Assembly: GCA_963848305.1 (NCBI GenBank)
Contig: CAWKDC010000001.1
Span: 736,001 to 800,000, forward strand
Source of the DNA: an uncultured Gammaproteobacteria bacterium
GTDB taxonomy: Bacteria; Pseudomonadota; Gammaproteobacteria; JABCZS01
DNA: 64,000 bases
Reading direction: 5' to 3'
Positions 61,218 to 64,000 of this stretch are shown piece after piece (position 1 is the first letter of the stretch; every line of letters starts with the position of its first letter). A program made the translations under genes and the position numbers. Under the pieces are notes generated by a model. The model saw nothing but the letters and a program-made list of their open reading frames with translations, did not search any database and was not told the origin of the DNA.

Positions 61218-62396
61218 CTACATCGCCCCCATCGTCTTCACAACAGTCGATGGTTTGATGGTTCCCCAATGATGGCAGCTCGGGCAATGCCAATACATTT
61301 TGCTGACAGCGTAGCCGCAGTGCTCACACACATAGGGTGTTTCTTTGGTGAGTAGCGGTTCCATGACGCGCATCAATAATTGCAAATCTTCGCGATTCGG
61401 TAATTCATGTTGGCGCAAACGAATCGACAAAACGACTTGCAATGCGCGCATGGAAGGACGGGCTTGCAATTGTGCCATGATCTCATCAAAACTCAATACG
61501 TTTTCAAGCAGATGATAATATTGCGGTGGCAAGGCGCGCAACAATGCAATGCCTTGATTGTCCTTGAAGCAAACTTTGATAAATGTTTTGAATGCCTCCG
61601 TGTCATGTGTGGCTTCAAAACATTCAGCCAATGGCGCAACAATTTCACTCACATATTCTGGCATTTTGTGGCTGATTTTCATGAAGCAGCGGATCGCTTG
61701 TTGATATTCTTTTTGCGCCATCATTTGTTGACCTTGCAATATTTGTGCGCGCACACAATGCGCATCAATTGAAGAAGCATGTTTGATGTAACGTTGACAA
61801 ATATCTGCCTGATTATTTTTGAGTGCTTGTTCAGCTAATTCGCAATAATAATGCGCGATCGTGAAAGCCATGGGTGTGCTGCAAAATAATTGATATTTGT
61901 GCGCGATATCGATCGCCTTTTCGTAATCGCCTTCTTTTTCGTAAATTTGCAATAAATGTCGCAAACTTTCAGGCACATAATAATTGAGTTTCACTAATTC
62001 TAAAAATAAAGATTCAGCCCTGTCCAGCACCCCCGCGCGCATATAATCTGTGCCGAGTTCAAATAAAGATTGCATGCGGTGACGCTGTGTTAAATTCGGC
62101 CGTGCAATTAAATTTTGATGAATGCGAATCGCCTTATCTACTTCACCGCGACGGCGAAATAAACTGCCCAAAGCCAAATGCGTTTCCACCGTTTCACTAT
62201 CGACTTGCAACATTTTGATGAAGAGATCAACGGCTTTATCGGGCTGTTCATTGAGTAAAAAATTCAAACCGGTGAGATAATCGTGTGTGAGTTTCTGGGA
62301 TTGCTGTGCATCAGGATCGCGCCCTGCCCGTCCAATCCACCATCCTGAAAATGCGGCTAAAGGCAACAGCCAGAATAACATCCATTCCACAGTCAA
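61218..62396 (-). CDS. lapB: LPS assembly protein B
   Basis: N-terminal TM, GLNFLL.EQPDKA, FRRRGEVDKAIRIHQ, TPRs, rubredoxin CxxC...CxxC. Confidence 0.95.
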   Translation of the reverse strand: MTVEWMLFWLLPLAAFSGWWIGRAGRDPDAQQSQKLTHDYLTGLNFLLNEQPDKAVDLFIKMLQVDSETVETHLALGSLFRRRGEVDKAIRIHQNLIARPNLTQRHRMQSLFELGTDYMRAGVLDRAESLFLELVKLNYYVPESLRHLLQIYEKEGDYEKAIDIAHKYQLFCSTPMAFTIAHYYCELAEQALKNNQADICQRYIKHASSIDAHCVRAQILQGQQMMAQKEYQQAIRCFMKISHKMPEYVSEIVAPLAECFEATHDTEAFKTFIKVCFKDNQGIALLRALPPQYYHLLENVLSFDEIMAQLQARPSMRALQVVLSIRLRQHELPNREDLQLLMRVMEPLLTKETPYVCEHCGYAVSKMYWHCPSCHHWGTIKPSTVVKTMGAM

Positions 62397-62680
62397 TCAT
62401 CCTTCACGGGCATGGCCCGCAGATTGTCGATTTCCTTTTGCAAAATATTCGCTTTTTTCTTAGCACGATGTACGCTGGCGCGTGAACCAATCACTGATTT
62501 TAACATCCCCAGTATGCCTATTAAGAAACCACACATCAAGGATGCCAGCAATAATAAAGATAAGGGCAATGAGCGTCTACCCAGAAAATAATTGATCTCG
62601 ACAGCATGCGCGTTCAACAAGGCGAACACCACGAAGATCGAGGCAAGGAGAATGATGATGGTGATGTAGACTACGCGCAT
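62393..62680 (-). CDS. lapA: LPS assembly protein A
   Basis: Two TM helices plus a basic coiled coil, located between ihfB and lapB. Confidence 0.88.
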   Translation of the reverse strand: MRVVYITIIILLASIFVVFALLNAHAVEINYFLGRRSLPLSLLLLASLMCGFLIGILGMLKSVIGSRASVHRAKKKANILQKEIDNLRAMPVKDD

Positions 62681-62738
62681 GTCTTGAAATTCCCGTGCCC
62701 CCATTTGCCAAGGGGGCGGTTATCATAAATAAATCAGT

Positions 62739-63062
62739 TTATTCATCCTGGCTGGATTCTTCTTGGATAGCCACTTTACCACGTGATTCATTGACGCGAT
62801 CACGTAATTCCTTCCCGGGCTTGAAGTGGGGCACGTATTTGCCTGTCAAGGAGACCGATCCACCCGTTTTGGGGTTTCTGGCCATGCGTGGCCCGCGGTA
62901 ATGGAGTGAAAAGCTTCCAAAACCCCTGACCTCGATGCGCTTACCAGAGGACAATGCCTCTGATTGAAAATCCAATATGGCTTTGACGGCCAATTCAACG
63001 TCCTTATAAGACAGCTGTGGCTGCTTGGCTGCGATTTTTTGTATCAGTTCTGACTTTGTCAT
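62739..63062 (-). CDS. ihfB: Integration host factor beta
   Basis: MTKSELI...[15 protein letters not shown]...RNPKTG...[17 protein letters not shown]. Confidence 0.96.
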   Translation of the reverse strand: MTKSELIQKIAAKQPQLSYKDVELAVKAILDFQSEALSSGKRIEVRGFGSFSLHYRGPRMARNPKTGGSVSLTGKYVPHFKPGKELRDRVNESRGKVAIQEESSQDE

Positions 63063-63137
63063 TTGGCTTCCTTCCTATCATGCCTGCCAGGGTAACATGT
63101 GATAGTTTAGCGTACAATCATTGCTTTGGCCAGCAAT

Positions 63138-63614
63138 CTATTTAAGAAGCACCTTCATCAGGTTGTATTTAGCCTCCTCGATATATTGAAGACGGCGAAA
63201 ATCTTCTGGTTTATGCTGTATGAGCTCAGAGACCAATCTTCTATGTCTATCCGCTTGGCTTGCTTGCCCAGTAAGCAAACGGGCTGTATATCCAAGATAA
63301 TTTTTTCTGTATAGCTTTCTGCCCTCTTCGTATGCAACCTCATCCAGCACAGACGATAGGATGCATTTTTTAGCCGTCGATGAACCTGATGCTAAAGCAC
63401 GCTCAGCGTTCTGACGCCTCGCCTGGCTAATGAACTGTCTCAGAAGGGCTTGCTCTGGATCAGCGTCGATCAAACGGTTCAGATAGTCCCTTTGCCTATC
63501 CTCGGCTGTTTCGGCGGGTGTGCCTAACCGTTTTATGAAAGCTTCATAATCTTCACGGTACTTGGTTTCACCTAACGCTTTGGCCATGTTTTCATGGAAT
63601 TTAACGTGTTTCAT
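63138..63614 (-). CDS. Hypothetical protein
   Basis: 158 aa, RBS ggag. Confidence 0.55.
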   Translation of the reverse strand: MKHVKFHENMAKALGETKYREDYEAFIKRLGTPAETAEDRQRDYLNRLIDADPEQALLRQFISQARRQNAERALASGSSTAKKCILSSVLDEVAYEEGRKLYRKNYLGYTARLLTGQASQADRHRRLVSELIQHKPEDFRRLQYIEEAKYNLMKVLLK

Positions 63615-63660
63615 TCAAGCAGCTCCATAAACCTTATAAATAAGTTCGCAAAGTACCACA

Positions 63661-63712
63661 AATCAATGTGTTAATAAAGCTTTTTTTGATATCCAATTAA
63701 ATCAATGGGTTA
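63661..63712 (+). promoter_or_regulatory. Two IHF consensus sites
   Basis: AATCAA-TGTG-TTA (63661) and AATCAA-TGGG-TTA (63700) match WATCAA-N4-TTR. Confidence 0.5.
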
Positions 63713-63787
63713 CAAAATTGACAAATCTAGTTATTGAACTAAAATTAAATTGTGATGAGAACGTTATTTAACCAATAGGAGGTTAAT

Positions 63788-64000
63788 ATGTGCACATTAC
63801 GCGAAGCGATCATATTCGTCGCAGGCGCAGAATTTTTTCATACCTTAAGCCATGTGTTCATTAATTTTTATGTCACATTGCCTATCATGACAAAATTCTT
63901 CGAGCTAACGACCAGCATGAACCACATGGCCATCCTTGTGAATGGGGTGATCACGGTACTGCTGATTATCTGGGCAATGAAGCTGCCTAAAAAAATGGGA
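63788..64000 (+). CDS. Small membrane protein, runs off the window edge
   Basis: RBS aggagg; MCTLREAIIFVAGAEFFHTLSH... open to 64000. Confidence 0.6.
   Translation, partial: MCTLREAIIFVAGAEFFHTLSHVFINFYVTLPIMTKFFELTTSMNHMAILVNGVITVLLIIWAMKLPKKMG

Overview
Chromosomal window of a gammaproteobacterium. The gene content (ankyrin and OTU-like orphan proteins, PAS-LuxR regulators) suggests a Legionellales-like, probably protist-associated organism, which is an inference. Core genes sit at the ends: glyA and ssrA/tmRNA on the left; radA, a DAACS symporter, an archaeal/eukaryote-type proS, a YhiN-like oxidoreductase, lapB, lapA and ihfB on the right. Between them lie about 54 kb of mostly accessory DNA in four blocks. 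(1) A defence-like block after ssrA: Eco47II-family restriction-modification pair, putative nuclease, TM0106 nuclease, and Fic with a 21-bp-periodic upstream array. (2) Two large tandem effector-like loci carrying four OTU-like domains that all lack the catalytic Cys, plus ankyrin and J-domain motifs. (3) An ion-transport block: P-type H+-ATPase and a six-subunit hydrogenase-4-like Ehr complex without Ni ligands, translationally coupled to SulP. (4) A 39-53 kb islet in which two paralogous PAS-LuxR regulators co-occur with eight 19-bp TAGGGG-N7-CCCCTA-type boxes, mostly in activator position in front of orphan and resistance-like genes. Block 4 is the best candidate for an undescribed system. 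Several genes, including radA, have single-base frameshifts that may be assembly errors. No CRISPR array, integrase or transposase was seen. All family calls are from motif recognition by eye.
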